NCBI GenBank assembly: GCA_026936335.1
Contig: JAPMXV010000073.1
Location: forward strand, 124,001 to 188,000
Direction: 5' to 3'
Origin: Mantamonas sphyraenae STR306
Taxonomy: Eukaryota > Protista > CRuMs
Length of the DNA: 64,000 bases
Made by a program: the position numbers and the translations under genes. Under the pieces are notes generated by a model. It did not search any database and was not told the origin of the DNA. It saw only the letters and a list, made by a program, of their open reading frames with translations. Position 1 is the first letter of the stretch. Each line of letters starts with the position of its first letter. This document shows, in pieces, positions 22,537 through 33,546 of the stretch.

Positions 22537-24075
22537 CAAGACAATGCAGAATGCGTTGCAATCCCGATCACGCTGCTGGATTCTGCCGCAGGGGTAAACC
22601 ATGAGCCAGGAGTTTCAAGTCTATTTCACCATGACATAGGAGATGGGCATGGTGGATGACCCAGGGCTGTGTGGCAAGGAATGGGTTGTCAACGCCAGTC
22701 CGTTCTTCTCAGAGTCGCAAGCGACTCCTCAATGACCATGCACAGAGGCCACAAGAGACAACAACGCACCACTGAACAGCAAATGGAATGCGTGCATGAC
22801 CATGCAAGCTTGTTGGCCGATGATCATCACGATCAAGTCTTCCAAGTCGACTTTGTGTGTGTGATCCTACAATGTACATTCTGCTTCGTTGCTGTCGCTG
22901 CTATGATTCTGCACTGTGCGCCTGATGCAACAATGCCCACACTTCGGCAATTCGGCACCATGAAAGCTACTCCGAGACATTGCTGTCGAGCTTTGCGGCC
23001 AGCATGGTCTCAAACTCGTCAGCCACGACCCCATTGAAGGATGATGTCCATGCCTTTTCAGGGTTCTTGTATGTGGTGGGTCGTTCTGGAGTGAGGTGGA
23101 AGGCGGGGACGCGGGGCGGAGTGGTGATGAAGGTGTGTCAGGGGTTTGGGTGCTGTGAGAGGGCACCAGGGGATCACCAAGGGGGGAACACATGTCGTAT
23201 CGGTCTCATGTATGTCTGTGCATGGTATGATACACTGTACATCACAGTGCATGGTCATGGACGTGTATGTGGGCCGGCAGAGGGTATTCACCCACCCCAG
23301 CTCCACAACAAAACTCACCCTCCTCCTTCACTTCAGGGTCCTGGATCTGTTGGATCACCTTTGCATACTCATTGTTGAGGTACTTTGCCGCAGCAACACT
23401 GTTGAATTCCATCCTCTCTTGTACGCGTGTGTGCGGCGGGTGTTTGGCTTTGTCGCCGCACCGCACCCTGCGCCATCGCCACCAGAAGTTTTTCAAGTTT
23501 AAATCACAGATTAAAATTTGACTTCAACATACCTATTACATCACGACTCCCTCATCATCGTGGACAGCGCCATGTTATCTCAGGCTGTGTGCGAATTCGG
23601 GAGTCCAAAGCAACGGCGTGCTCGCACGTCGAGATCGCAGACACACTGACCGGCCCAGTGCGTGCCCACGGGTGCTTAGCGGCCTCGTGGGTGCCATTGC
23701 TGTTAGGCTGGATTTACTGTGGTCTACATCCACCCACCCTTCTCCTCCATGCTAGCATGGTCCCATGAGAGTGCGTGGGTTTTCCCCTCCTTGCATGCGG
23801 AAAGCGCTCCCGCCTTGGTTTTCCCCGCTTCCTTTCAACCCTTGCATCCACCCAGATTCCCATCTGCTGTTTGCATGCGTGTCTATCCTCCCCTTTGCCA
23901 TGTTTGTGTGTGTGTGTGTGTCTACCGTCCATGTGTGTGTTTCGCTCTCCTTGCCTTCAGGAACCCCTCCACACACCCACTGAACAATGAGAACAATGAG
24001 AACAATGAACAATGAACCAAGGCGAATCAATCTCCTCATCTGTACATTCCACGCCTTGTTGGGCATGGTGTTCCC

Positions 24076-25188
24076 TCACATGACACCCGATTCCCGTAGT
24101 TTCAGCATCACCTCCAGCGTCTTGACATCCGAAGCGTCCTTGTCGAAACCCAGCTCTGCCATGAGCCTGCAAAACCCGTTGATGCTGCACAGAGAGATAG
24201 AAAAAGGACACATGCGTGTGTGTGTCAGTGTCAGCGTCGGCATCACCATCATCACCCTCATCACCCCCCCCTAACCCCCCCCCTCCACAACCCACAAGTT
24301 GGTGGCAAACAACTCGATGACATCCAATGCCACGAGATCGTCCAAGAAATCGTGTTCGAGTCCCTGGAGACCCTTCTCCTCGGCCACCTGCTGGCAGAGG
24401 TCGAGGAAACCCTGAAAGTCGAGGGAATAGGTGGCTTCCACCTGGAGCACACGGTGGACCAGACGCAGGGCATCACTGGACACAAAGACGACGTCGGGAT
24501 ACAGGTCAGGGTAGGAACGACGCATGAACGGGGCTGTGAGGAGGGCTGTGAACCACTGAACAAACGTATCCACCCCATGCTGTTGCACATCCATCCACAT
24601 CTTCAGGGTGCAATACGCCTGGATGCGTGATTGGAACTCATGGGCAACCCCCTGGGCCTCACGTGCACAACACATCTCCACAAAGTCGTGGAGGGCAGCA
24701 AGGGAAATCTTGCCCAGCTTCTCGCTGTCCAACACATAAAGCACCCCCACGTGCGAAAACTCCAGGTGGAAATCGTACAGATCTTCCATGCGTAGCATCT
24801 GCTCCAGGTACAGATGATCTTCGTCGCCGTCAAATGACACCGAAGTGACCATGGCCTCCGGTACCGTCCTGCCTTTCTTGGCAGCCTTCTTGTTGCCCAG
24901 CCGTTTGCTCATTCCGTTGCTCCCTGGACGGCTCAACACACGTCGACTGTTGCTCCCTGTGCTGCTGCTTCGTGGCCGTGTGCCATTGGAGCCTGTCGAT
25001 GTGCTTCCGTGCATGCTGCTGTGTTCGTTCATCTCTGAGGGCCCGTCCTCGTCGTCTGAGGAAACCACAGACACCTCTGTGTCCGTCGCATCCACATCGT
25101 CGTCATATCCCAATTCCGTTTTCAGTGCCAACAGACGCAGAAACTCGTTTTCCACGTGGTCGTGTGCTTCCGACACAATGTTGCCCAT
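24076..25188 (-). CDS. Hypothetical protein with EF-hand-like motif and possible N-myristoylation site (exons 25188-24296, 24184-24076)
   Basis: Starts MGNIVS; EF-hand-like LYVLDSEKLGKISLAALHDF; a GT-AG intron joins FATNF|INGFCRLM in frame. Confidence 0.65.
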
Positions 25189-25628
25189 TGTGTCGATCCC
25201 CCTCCACCAAACTTGGTCCACGGTGCGCCGCGCTGGCTCACGCAACCCCCGCCTACACACACACACACACACACCTGTGAGTTAAATCCACACACGAACA
25301 CACACACACGCACACACCCAAGTCACCCATCCGCCAATTGAGCTACGCACGTGTCCGACACACATGGTGTCGGCGAGGATCATCAACCTTTTGGGTGACG
25401 CGTGATGTTGTCTCGAGAGCACCCTGCAGCTCAGCACCACTCCTGCGCAGCACACCGTGTCTCGAGCACATCGCGCCCTCCTGTGCTCTCGTGGACACAA
25501 TCGTGCACCCCAGATGAGGCTGTGGCAGAGGGTTGGGAGCCGAGCGCGAGGATTTTGCGCGCGTTTTTCGCGCCAAAAAAAAGTGGGCGTGGGGCGACAA
25601 GGGCAGCTGACACAGGATTGGGGAGCAG

Positions 25629-26387
25629 ATGGTTGTCAAGATCACAGACGTGCAGGTAAAGGATAACCCGGCGTCGTTTGTGGACGATATCACGCTGGAG
25701 ATCAGCTTCGAGTCGAGTGAGGCGTTGAAGGAGGACCTGGAGTGGCGGCTGATCTACGTGGGGGACGCAGACTCGGAGGACTACGACCAGGTGTTGGAAG
25801 AGGTCATGGTGGGACCCATTGGCATGGGTGCATCCAAGTTTACTCTGTCTGCACCTGCACCAGACCCTGCAAAGATCAAGCGGGCTGACCTGCTGGGCGT
25901 CACCGTCATCCTGCTCATCGGAGTGTACAAAGATCAGGAGTTTGTCCGTGTGGGCTACTACGTCAACAACCACATCGAAGTGGAGGGAGGCGAGATGGCA
26001 GAGGTGGAAATGAGCGACGTGGAGGGCGAGGAGGCAGAGGTGACGGCCTCGGCGCAGGGAGGCAGCACCATGACGACGCTGCTCCCTCCTGGGCCTGTGG
26101 ACTATGCGGCCATCCACAGACACATTGTGAGCGACCAACCACGTGTCACACGCTTCTCTGGTGTGACCTGGGATGACGAGGAGCAAGATGTGCTTGTGGA
26201 GGGCGGCGAGGAGGAGGAGTTTGACGACGAGGAGATCCAGGACGAGGAGGGCGAGGAGGAGGAGGATTATGAGGAAGAGGGCGAAGAAGAAGACGAGTGG
26301 CTCGCTGGCAAGACCACGTCCACGATGAGCAGCAGCAACTACAACGATGAGGAAGAGGAGAACGTGAGTGCGAATCGAAAGCCATAA
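25629..26387 (+). CDS. ASF1: Histone H3-H4 chaperone ASF1 with acidic tail
   Basis: VQVKDNPASF, DLEWRLIYVG.ADSEDYDQVLEEVMVGPI, LLGVTVILL, QEFVRVGYYVNN, PRVTRF..W. Confidence 0.95.
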   Translation: MVVKITDVQVKDNPASFVDDITLEISFESSEALKEDLEWRLIYVGDADSEDYDQVLEEVMVGPIGMGASKFTLSAPAPDPAKIKRADLLGVTVILLIGVYKDQEFVRVGYYVNNHIEVEGGEMAEVEMSDVEGEEAEVTASAQGGSTMTTLLPPGPVDYAAIHRHIVSDQPRVTRFSGVTWDDEEQDVLVEGGEEEEFDDEEIQDEEGEEEEDYEEEGEEEDEWLAGKTTSTMSSSNYNDEEEENVSANRKP

Positions 26388-26458
26388 ATTTTGATTCAGG
26401 CACAAATCAAGACATTGTCCGGTTAGATCCCATTTTCGTATCAATCAAAATTCATGTG

Positions 26459-27352
26459 TCACCTGGTGCCCACCTGTGGTTGCCCTGCCCCAGCAGCCCC
26501 GTGGCCCTGTCCCTCGCCCTCGGGGTCATCCAAGAAGCCCGTAATGATCATGACGAGGACAAAGGCGACGATGTAGTACCAATACTTGCGGAGGATGTTG
26601 GAGACGGGCGAGCCGCTCATGTCCTCGCCGTTGTTTGCGCCGTAGGGAGAGTCTGTGTCACCTTGGTTGCCATCTGTAGGAGCAGGTTTGGCCTCCAGGG
26701 TGGGGCGTGTGCCCTCCTGGGGCGTATGGACACGCACAAGAGTCTGGAGACGTGCGTCGGCGGCGCTTGCACGGAGCTTGTCTGCAAGGGCGGCGCGTTC
26801 GTCAGCAGACATGCGTGTGCAGTCGGGAGAGCCACGTGTGCGGTAGGAGAGGCTGTGGAGGACGCCGTGGTGATCGACATGGAGATGGAGGGAGTCTGCA
26901 TAGTTGCCACGGACGAGGGCACATGCCGGGACCCAGGCCATGACGTGGTGACGACCATTGTGGATGCGAACACGATAGACGCCTGCGTTGTGGATGAGAG
27001 TGGCCAACTGGAGGAGCTGATTGATGTGCAGTCTGTTTGCAGGAGCGTGTGCGTCCTTGACAACGGCGGCGGTGAAGAGGGCCGGGGCGGCGCTCTGGGA
27101 GTAGTACGATGGTGGCCTGGTCTGCCTGGTCTGGGCCACATGGGCACGTGGGGTGAAGGAGTGCATGTCCAACGAGTGTTCCAACACCCAAGGACCAGGC
27201 GAGGATGGCGTGTCGGTGTCCTTCACTGGCGTATCGTGTGTGGTGGCGGCCAGGACAGGAGGGGTGGCACCCAGCAGCACCAAGGAGCAGGTGACGATGA
27301 TGACCCCAATGCACGCCTGTGAGGAACAGGAGGAGGAGGAGGAGGATGGCAT
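26459..27352 (-). CDS. EMC10: ER membrane protein complex subunit 10-like
   Basis: Signal peptide, LEHSLD..FTPR, YRVRI, VPACAL, DSLHLHVD..G, and C-terminal RKYWYYIVAFVLVM membrane anchor. Start may be 27352 or 27391. Confidence 0.75.
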   Translation of the reverse strand: MPSSSSSSCSSQACIGVIIVTCSLVLLGATPPVLAATTHDTPVKDTDTPSSPGPWVLEHSLDMHSFTPRAHVAQTRQTRPPSYYSQSAAPALFTAAVVKDAHAPANRLHINQLLQLATLIHNAGVYRVRIHNGRHHVMAWVPACALVRGNYADSLHLHVDHHGVLHSLSYRTRGSPDCTRMSADERAALADKLRASAADARLQTLVRVHTPQEGTRPTLEAKPAPTDGNQGDTDSPYGANNGEDMSGSPVSNILRKYWYYIVAFVLVMIITGFLDDPEGEGQGHGAAGAGQPQVGTR

Positions 27353-27432
27353 TGGGGGATGGAAGGAAGGTTGGGGTTTGGTGGTTTGCATGCGACGGCG
27401 GAGTCAAAAAAGAGAGAGAACGAACACACACG

Positions 27433-29764
27433 ATGCAGGTGACACTGAAGACGACGGATGGGAAAAAGACAAGTGTGCTTGTGGAGGAAGAGGCGAGTGT
27501 GGATGAGTTGCAGGGGATGATTGAAAGCACGTGTGGCATCCCTGTGTCCCAGCAGAGGGTGATCTTCAGGGGCAAGGTGCTCAAGCCCGGCACGGCCCTG
27601 GCCGCGTACAAACTCAGCGACGGCTGCACGCTCAACGTGGTGCGCATGAAACGCAAAAAGGCAAAGGAGGACAGCACACAGGGACAGCAAGGCACGGGTG
27701 GGAGCACAACAAGCACACGTAGCAGCAACACGGGTAATTCGCAGACGACGCAGTCGCAGGCGGAAGGTGGCATGCCTCCGCCGCCTCCCCCGAATCCGTT
27801 TGCCTTTATGATGGGACAGGGGGGTGGTGGAGCACAGGCCATGCCAGGGATGGGTATGGATCCCAGTGCCATGAACAATCTGATCCAAAACATGTCACAG
27901 ATGGCAGGACAGATGATTCAGCAGGTGCAAACGTTGAACCAGCAGCAGCAGCAGCATCGCACAAACACCCAAGGGGCAGCAGGAGCAGGAGGAAGAGCAC
28001 GTGCACCACAACAACCATCATCCACAGGAACAGGTGGTGGGAGACATGCATCGCCACAGGGTATGGGTGGTGATGATGAAGGACAGGAGGTGGATTTGGA
28101 GGCGTTGGCAGACGAGTTGCATGGTGTGGAGAGCAAAACACGTGTGCAGCAGGCGGTGGAAGGGAAGCAACGGGGAAGCACACGAGCACGGGAGTTGGCA
28201 CAACACATGCGCACACTGAGTGCACATCTGGAACAGACGGCGAATTGGTTGGATGGGGGTCATGTGGATGGTGCGGGGATGGAAGAGGAGAGGGCCGGTG
28301 GTGGGAATGACCAACACCAACACGAGAACGGCGACAACGACGACGACGACGATGATTTGGACGACCTTCTCAACGCAGCATTGGCCAATCTGGGAGGACA
28401 GGGATTGGGGAATGGCAACACAGGAGGTAGCATGCATACTACGCGTACAACAAGCAGGACAACAGGAGGGAATGGGAATGGGAACGGGAATGGGAATGTC
28501 GACAACGCAGGAGGAGGAGGAGGAGGAGGAGCAACAGCAGCAGCCAATCCATTGGCCAATATGATCAATCAGATGATGCAACCGGGGTCACCCATGCTCA
28601 ACATGATCAATCAGATGTTCAACCCACAACAGCAACAGCAGCAACAACAACAACAGGGGAATGGGGGTGGGCATGAGGAAGAGGAAGAGGAGGAAGAAGA
28701 GGAGGAATTGGAGGAGGCAGAGGTGCACGAGGATGACTTTACACACCTTGTTCTGCTTCCTGTGGGCCGTGCATTGGATGCCCATGATCTCGAAGCCCTT
28801 GTGGTGGACCATGATTGGACAGTGTTGCATCCTCACTTCCAACGCATCCGTCAGAACCTGTACCGGGCAAACAGCGATTCGTTTGGTCGTGCTGTGGCCA
28901 ATCATCTCCACGGACCCGTTCCCGTGGCGTCCTCCTCGTCCTCGTCCTCGTCCTCCCAACACAACGCCTCACATCAGGCACTGGCTGCGTTCTGTGCCAC
29001 CAACACACGGGATGCCTTTGCCGCCCTGCATGGGTTGGCCCAACAGCACGCATCGACCACCGACCCGGCGTTGTTTTTTGCCGACCTTGCCGAGTGGTTG
29101 TCCCTGTTTACCGGCGTCAGCATGTATGCTCTGAGTCAGCGACACCCACATGGAGAAGAGGCACTGTTCCGTGCCATGGTGGCATCCCCTCTGTGGGAAC
29201 AGGTGCCCCACCATGGCCACCACCACCACCACCACCTCATCATCATCCGACATAACTCACAAACAACGTCGCATGCGCATCCTGGCCGCCCTCTGCCAAC
29301 ACATGGCTCGGTTGCACTCCACGCATCGTGAGCGTAATGGCATGTCTCCTGTGCCCATGCAACCGTGGCATCGTGAGTTGCCCGATGATGTGCGTGACGA
29401 ATGGGTGTCTCAGATGCGATCGGATGCCATCACACAAGCGTGCTCTCCACCGCAGCCTCCGTTCAGTGACGCCTACCTCAAGGGATCCAACCTGGCTGCA
29501 CGCAAGCGTGTGCGACGTGTGCATCGTGCAGGCACCAACCAGCACACCCTGTTGGATCAGCACCTGGCAGAAGCCGGATGCAACGAAGCCACCCTGGCCA
29601 CCCTCCCAGACTCGCTTCGCCTTCGCTACCTCGAGATGACACGCAGATACGTTGCCAATCGGCTCTCTGGCGACATCGACTACCAACAGGAACGCAGTCG
29701 TGGCAACATGCAACAGGTGCACGACGTGTTTGTCGCCAACGACAAGGAAAATGACGACGAGTAG
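27433..29764 (+). CDS. BAG6: BAG6/Scythe-like protein (N-terminal ubiquitin-like domain, C-terminal BAG6-type region); frame break near 29203-29332
   Basis: UBL MQVTLKTTDGK...QQRVIFRGKVL. C-terminus EWVSQMRSDAITQ..PPQPPFSDAYLKG...RKR...RLSGDIDY resembles BAG6 (EWVPII..D..Q...PQPPLSDAYL.G). The two ORFs (27319-29331, 29150-29764) need one frame change. Confidence 0.75.
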
Positions 29765-29839
29765 GGCATAGACACAATAGAGGGGTTCATGAAACAACAC
29801 ACACGTGTGCATTTTTTGGGTTCACCCTCTTTCCTCCAT

Positions 29840-30540
29840 CTAGAAGGGATCGTCGTCGTCGTCGTCGTCGTTGAGCAGGAAGGAATCGTAGTTGCTGTTG
29901 CGATTGAGTGGGATGCGCAGTTTGCGTGCGTACGCCTGTGTCAACGCCTCCAGCGTGTCAAAGTGACTCTTCTTGTCCACAGTGTAGCCCTTGCCCGGGG
30001 CATTCTCGATGGGTTGGCCCACAATTTCCCTGTTGCCCTGCCTGCGTCGCACAAAGGTGACGATAAACTGGCCGGGGAAGGAGTTGCTGAAGCGCAACAG
30101 AAAGGTGCCCACGTCGCAGTTCTGCAGCTTCTTGGCCGCTTCGTTGCTGGCCAAATCGCCGTGGAACCAGGGTTTGTTCAGCGTGTCCCTGGCCCTGCTC
30201 ATGCAGTCGCCGTAGGGACCGAACCACTTGAGAAACACGTTGAAGCTCTCCTGGGTCACAAAGTCCAAGTACTCCTTGTTGCGTGTGTCCACCAGGTACT
30301 CCTTCAAATCGTCCATTCCTGCGCTGGTGATGTTGAACTGGCCCTGCATCGCCTCGGAAAACTCGTTCCACGCCACAAACAGGTTGCCCCCAAACGTTTC
30401 TATCCACATCCGTTGCGCCTCACTGTCTTGGATGTCCACCGTCTTCGTATTCACACCTCCGCCGTTGTTGTTGTTGCTGTTGCTGTTGTTGCTGTTGTTG
30501 TTGCCGCTGCTGTTGCTGCCATTGTTGTTTCCATCGCTGT

Positions 30541-30572
<32 letters not shown>

Positions 30573-30623
30573 TTTGTGCTGCCTGTGCTTCCACGTGCAC
30601 CTGCCTGCATGCCATTGCCCCCA

Positions 30624-30656
<33 letters not shown>

Positions 30657-33351
30657 CCAGCTCCACTCTGCACACCTCGTGTCATGTTCCCTCCTGCACC
30701 CTCCCCATCCTGCACATCCCCTCCGCCACTACTCCTGCCACTGGCGCTGGCAGTGCCACCGCTGCTGATGCTACTCTCGCCTGCCTCTGCCTCACTCGTC
30801 ATAATATCATACAGTTCCGACAGCGTGCGACCAGGCACGGCGTTGTACTTTGCGGCTGCGTGCAGGATGCTCAGCGGGTTGCCTCCCAAGTGTTCCATCA
30901 CCGCATGTGCTGCCAGCAGATCCAACGCACTCAGGCTGCGTCCGTTGGCCGGTTTGACCCCCTTGGGCGGTGCTCCGTTTGCATCCAGCAACTCCTCCAA
31001 CTTGATTTGGTTCGATCCACGTGAGGTCAGCTTGTTGAACAGAATGGCTGCGTCGCGGCCGGGCAGCGGACTCAACTGGTAGCCGTTGGGTGCCAGGTAG
31101 GCGGGTGTGTCCAGGTTGTGCCTCAGGGTCATGAGCACATGCAGGTGACCGAACCGTTGCAAGAGCGAGCCGATGTACTCGTTGAGTGCAAGTCCCTCGT
31201 GGTCCAACAGACTGTCGATGTCGTCCAGAATCAACAGGGCCTTTTCGTCCTTTTCGTTCAACTGGTCCCAAATCATGTCCTTGAGATCCATGAGATCGGG
31301 GCTGCTGCTGCTGCTGCTGCTGTTTGTCGTCTGCAGTGCCATGGCACGTCCTATGCGCTTGCAACACCCGAGCATGGACTTGATGCCGCGCATCTCCGCC
31401 CAGATGACTCCTCCCTCAAAGTAGCGCCGTTCGTTGACATACTGTGCCAGTGCCTTGGCCACGGTGGATTTGCCGATGCCCTGGTCCCCAAACAGCGTGG
31501 TGAACCTGCCCTTGGTCAGCGTCTGCACCACCTTGTACAAATCCACCTGCCGTCCCACAAAGTCGTCCGGAAACGGCAGCAGGTTGTTGTGTGGGATGGG
31601 CGACAACTCCTGCAGGCCACTGTCGGGCAAGCCCTCAAAGATGATTTCGTCGTGGTTGCCATCTTCCGGCAGGAGCAGAAACAGCTTGGCCGCCTCCTCC
31701 GGATGGGGCAACCCTTTGGAGGGTGGCAAGGCAGCCACCGTCTGTTTGGCAATGTCGTAGCTGGTCTGCACCGAACGTCCCTTGACCAGTGCATGGTAGA
31801 AGAAGAGGGAAAACTTCATCGCCGCGGTGTCTTCCACCTGCTTGTCCTGCTGCACAGCCACCACATGAGGCACTCCGGCCTCCACAAACTTCTGTCCTGC
31901 CACCCCGGAGTAGCACGCACTCACAAACACAAACCGCACCCCACTCGACGAGTCACTCCCTCCCGTCACGTCGTCCCCCGCACTAAACAGCTGCTTCAGC
32001 GTCTCCACCTTTAGGTCGTGCAATCCTCCCGAATCGTTTTCAACTGTGTGTGTGGGGGGTGGGTTGGGTGGGTGGGTTGGGTGAGTGGGTGTGAGGAGGA
32101 GGAGGGAGAAGTGGCAGTGAGATCTCGCCCTGGTTCAAATCGCCTTTTCTCACCCCTCCGGGAGTTTGGGGAGGGGGAGAGGAGGGGAGGATGGGTGCAG
32201 GATGGGAGGATGAAAGAAGGGAGCACATACACGCGAGACAGGAAGGGAAGCCATGGCCGCTGTAATGAAAAGCGCGGCACCCGGTGCTGATGAGAAAGCG
32301 AAAGTTCTCGACAGTGGCAATGTCCTGGCGCACACGCAGGCCCTTCTTTGTGTTCTTGAGAATCTTGAGGAGACCATCGGATTCCTGGCGTAGATTGAGC
32401 ATCTGCAAGGGACGGAAGGTGTTGTTGTCGTTGAAGACCAGGGGCGCGGCAAAGAGCATGCACAGATCAATCTCGCTTTGCTGGTAGTCATACGACGCAG
32501 GCGTACTGCTGCTGCTGCTGCTCGATGATGTGATCCCACCTCCTCCCAACAGAGTGGATGCCGTGCTACTGTCCACCATGGACAACAACGACAGCAACTC
32601 GTTGGGGTTGGTTTGGAAGTTCATGTTGCCCAGTCCCAGCTGCGCCAGTGCCTTGAGGTCCGATTCCGTGATGGAACGGCCCCCCAGCGTCATGCTGATG
32701 GCCTCACGCAACCCTTCGCTCTGTGTTTCTCTGTGGTTGTGATGGGTGGGTGTGTGGGGTGAGGGAGGGTGTGTGTGGTGGTGTGTTGCGTGGTGGGGGA
32801 CGATGGGTGTGCAAGCGCCAAAAAACGCAGAGGCCCAGCGGGACGGCGGCGGAAAAACGGTGCCGTGTGGACGTGGTGAGGACATAGAGGGGGGCCATGG
32901 ACACACGTACTGGAGGGAAGGAGAGGAATCACTGCGTGATTGACCAAGCGTGCTTTCGCTCTGGGTGTGCAGGAGGGACGTGCGTGCGCCGTGCTTGTTG
33001 TCGCCTTCTTGGGAGGGCGATTCGGCCTTGGGCCGCAAAGGGGAGCCTGGAAACGCCGTGTCCACGCTGTACCGTGTCACCTTGACCACATCCTCATCCA
33101 CCTCACGTAGCTCCTCCTCAGAGCTTTCTGCGCCCACCAGACCACCGTGTGTCTCGTTGTCCTGCGACTGAAACGGGGAACACGCGCGGGCGGCGGGGGA
33201 TGGGGCGTGGAAGGGGCAAAAAGGGGATCACACACCCAGACACAGGCACCACACACACAATGTCAGCAGGCATCCGGTGAGAATGGTGGCATCAAAGAGA
33301 GAGAATGCGGGTGTGGGGTGGTGTGGGACAACAACTCACCATGGTTTGCAT
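29840..33351 (-). CDS. CHAT (caspase-like) - STAND/NB-ARC-type P-loop ATPase - S/N linker - EF-like linker + SH2 protein (exons ~33351-33340, 33167-32911, 32730-32231, 32043-29840)
   Basis: CHAT: LFAAPL..LNLRQE..AT....FHYSGHG..LAFE and FVFVSACYS..F..AGVPHVV..F...FYHAL..G.SV..SY..AK. STAND: FVGR, GDQGIGKS, LLILDDID, GGNPL. SH2: WFHG..EA..KL....GTFLLRFS. The first exon is uncertain. Confidence 0.85.
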
Positions 33352-33546
33352 GCACCTGCGCCATTGGAGGCACACAGCTGCAGACGGAGGAAAGGCCCCG
33401 AAAGACGACCCCCCGACGCCGCACCCTTCATTCTCACACACTCTCTCTTTTCCATCCCAAGCCGTCCATCGCACGCCACACGTGTGCCTCTACATACATA
33501 GAACACAAGAACACAACACAACACAACACGAGAGACACAGAGTACG

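Larger units (their letters stand above)
9131..23274. repeat. Tandem triplication; units ~9131-13566, 13567-17875, 17876-23274 (3' NECAP + spacer + LRR-Ank-kinase + 3' spacer)
   Basis: Near-identical long blocks repeat three times. Junctions at ...tgtgggc|agcgtc share a GGGC microhomology. Unit lengths differ mainly by LRR number. Confidence 0.93.

Noticed and set aside
23983-24016. Short aacaatgag tandem repeat and many (CA)n/(GA)n tracts
   Set aside because: Ordinary microsatellites typical of the introns and spacers throughout this window.
32011-32046. Apparent premature stop splitting the CHAT domain
   Set aside because: Resolved by a GT-AG intron (32230-32044) that gives HGFPSCLAF-ENDSGGLHDL; no recoding needed.
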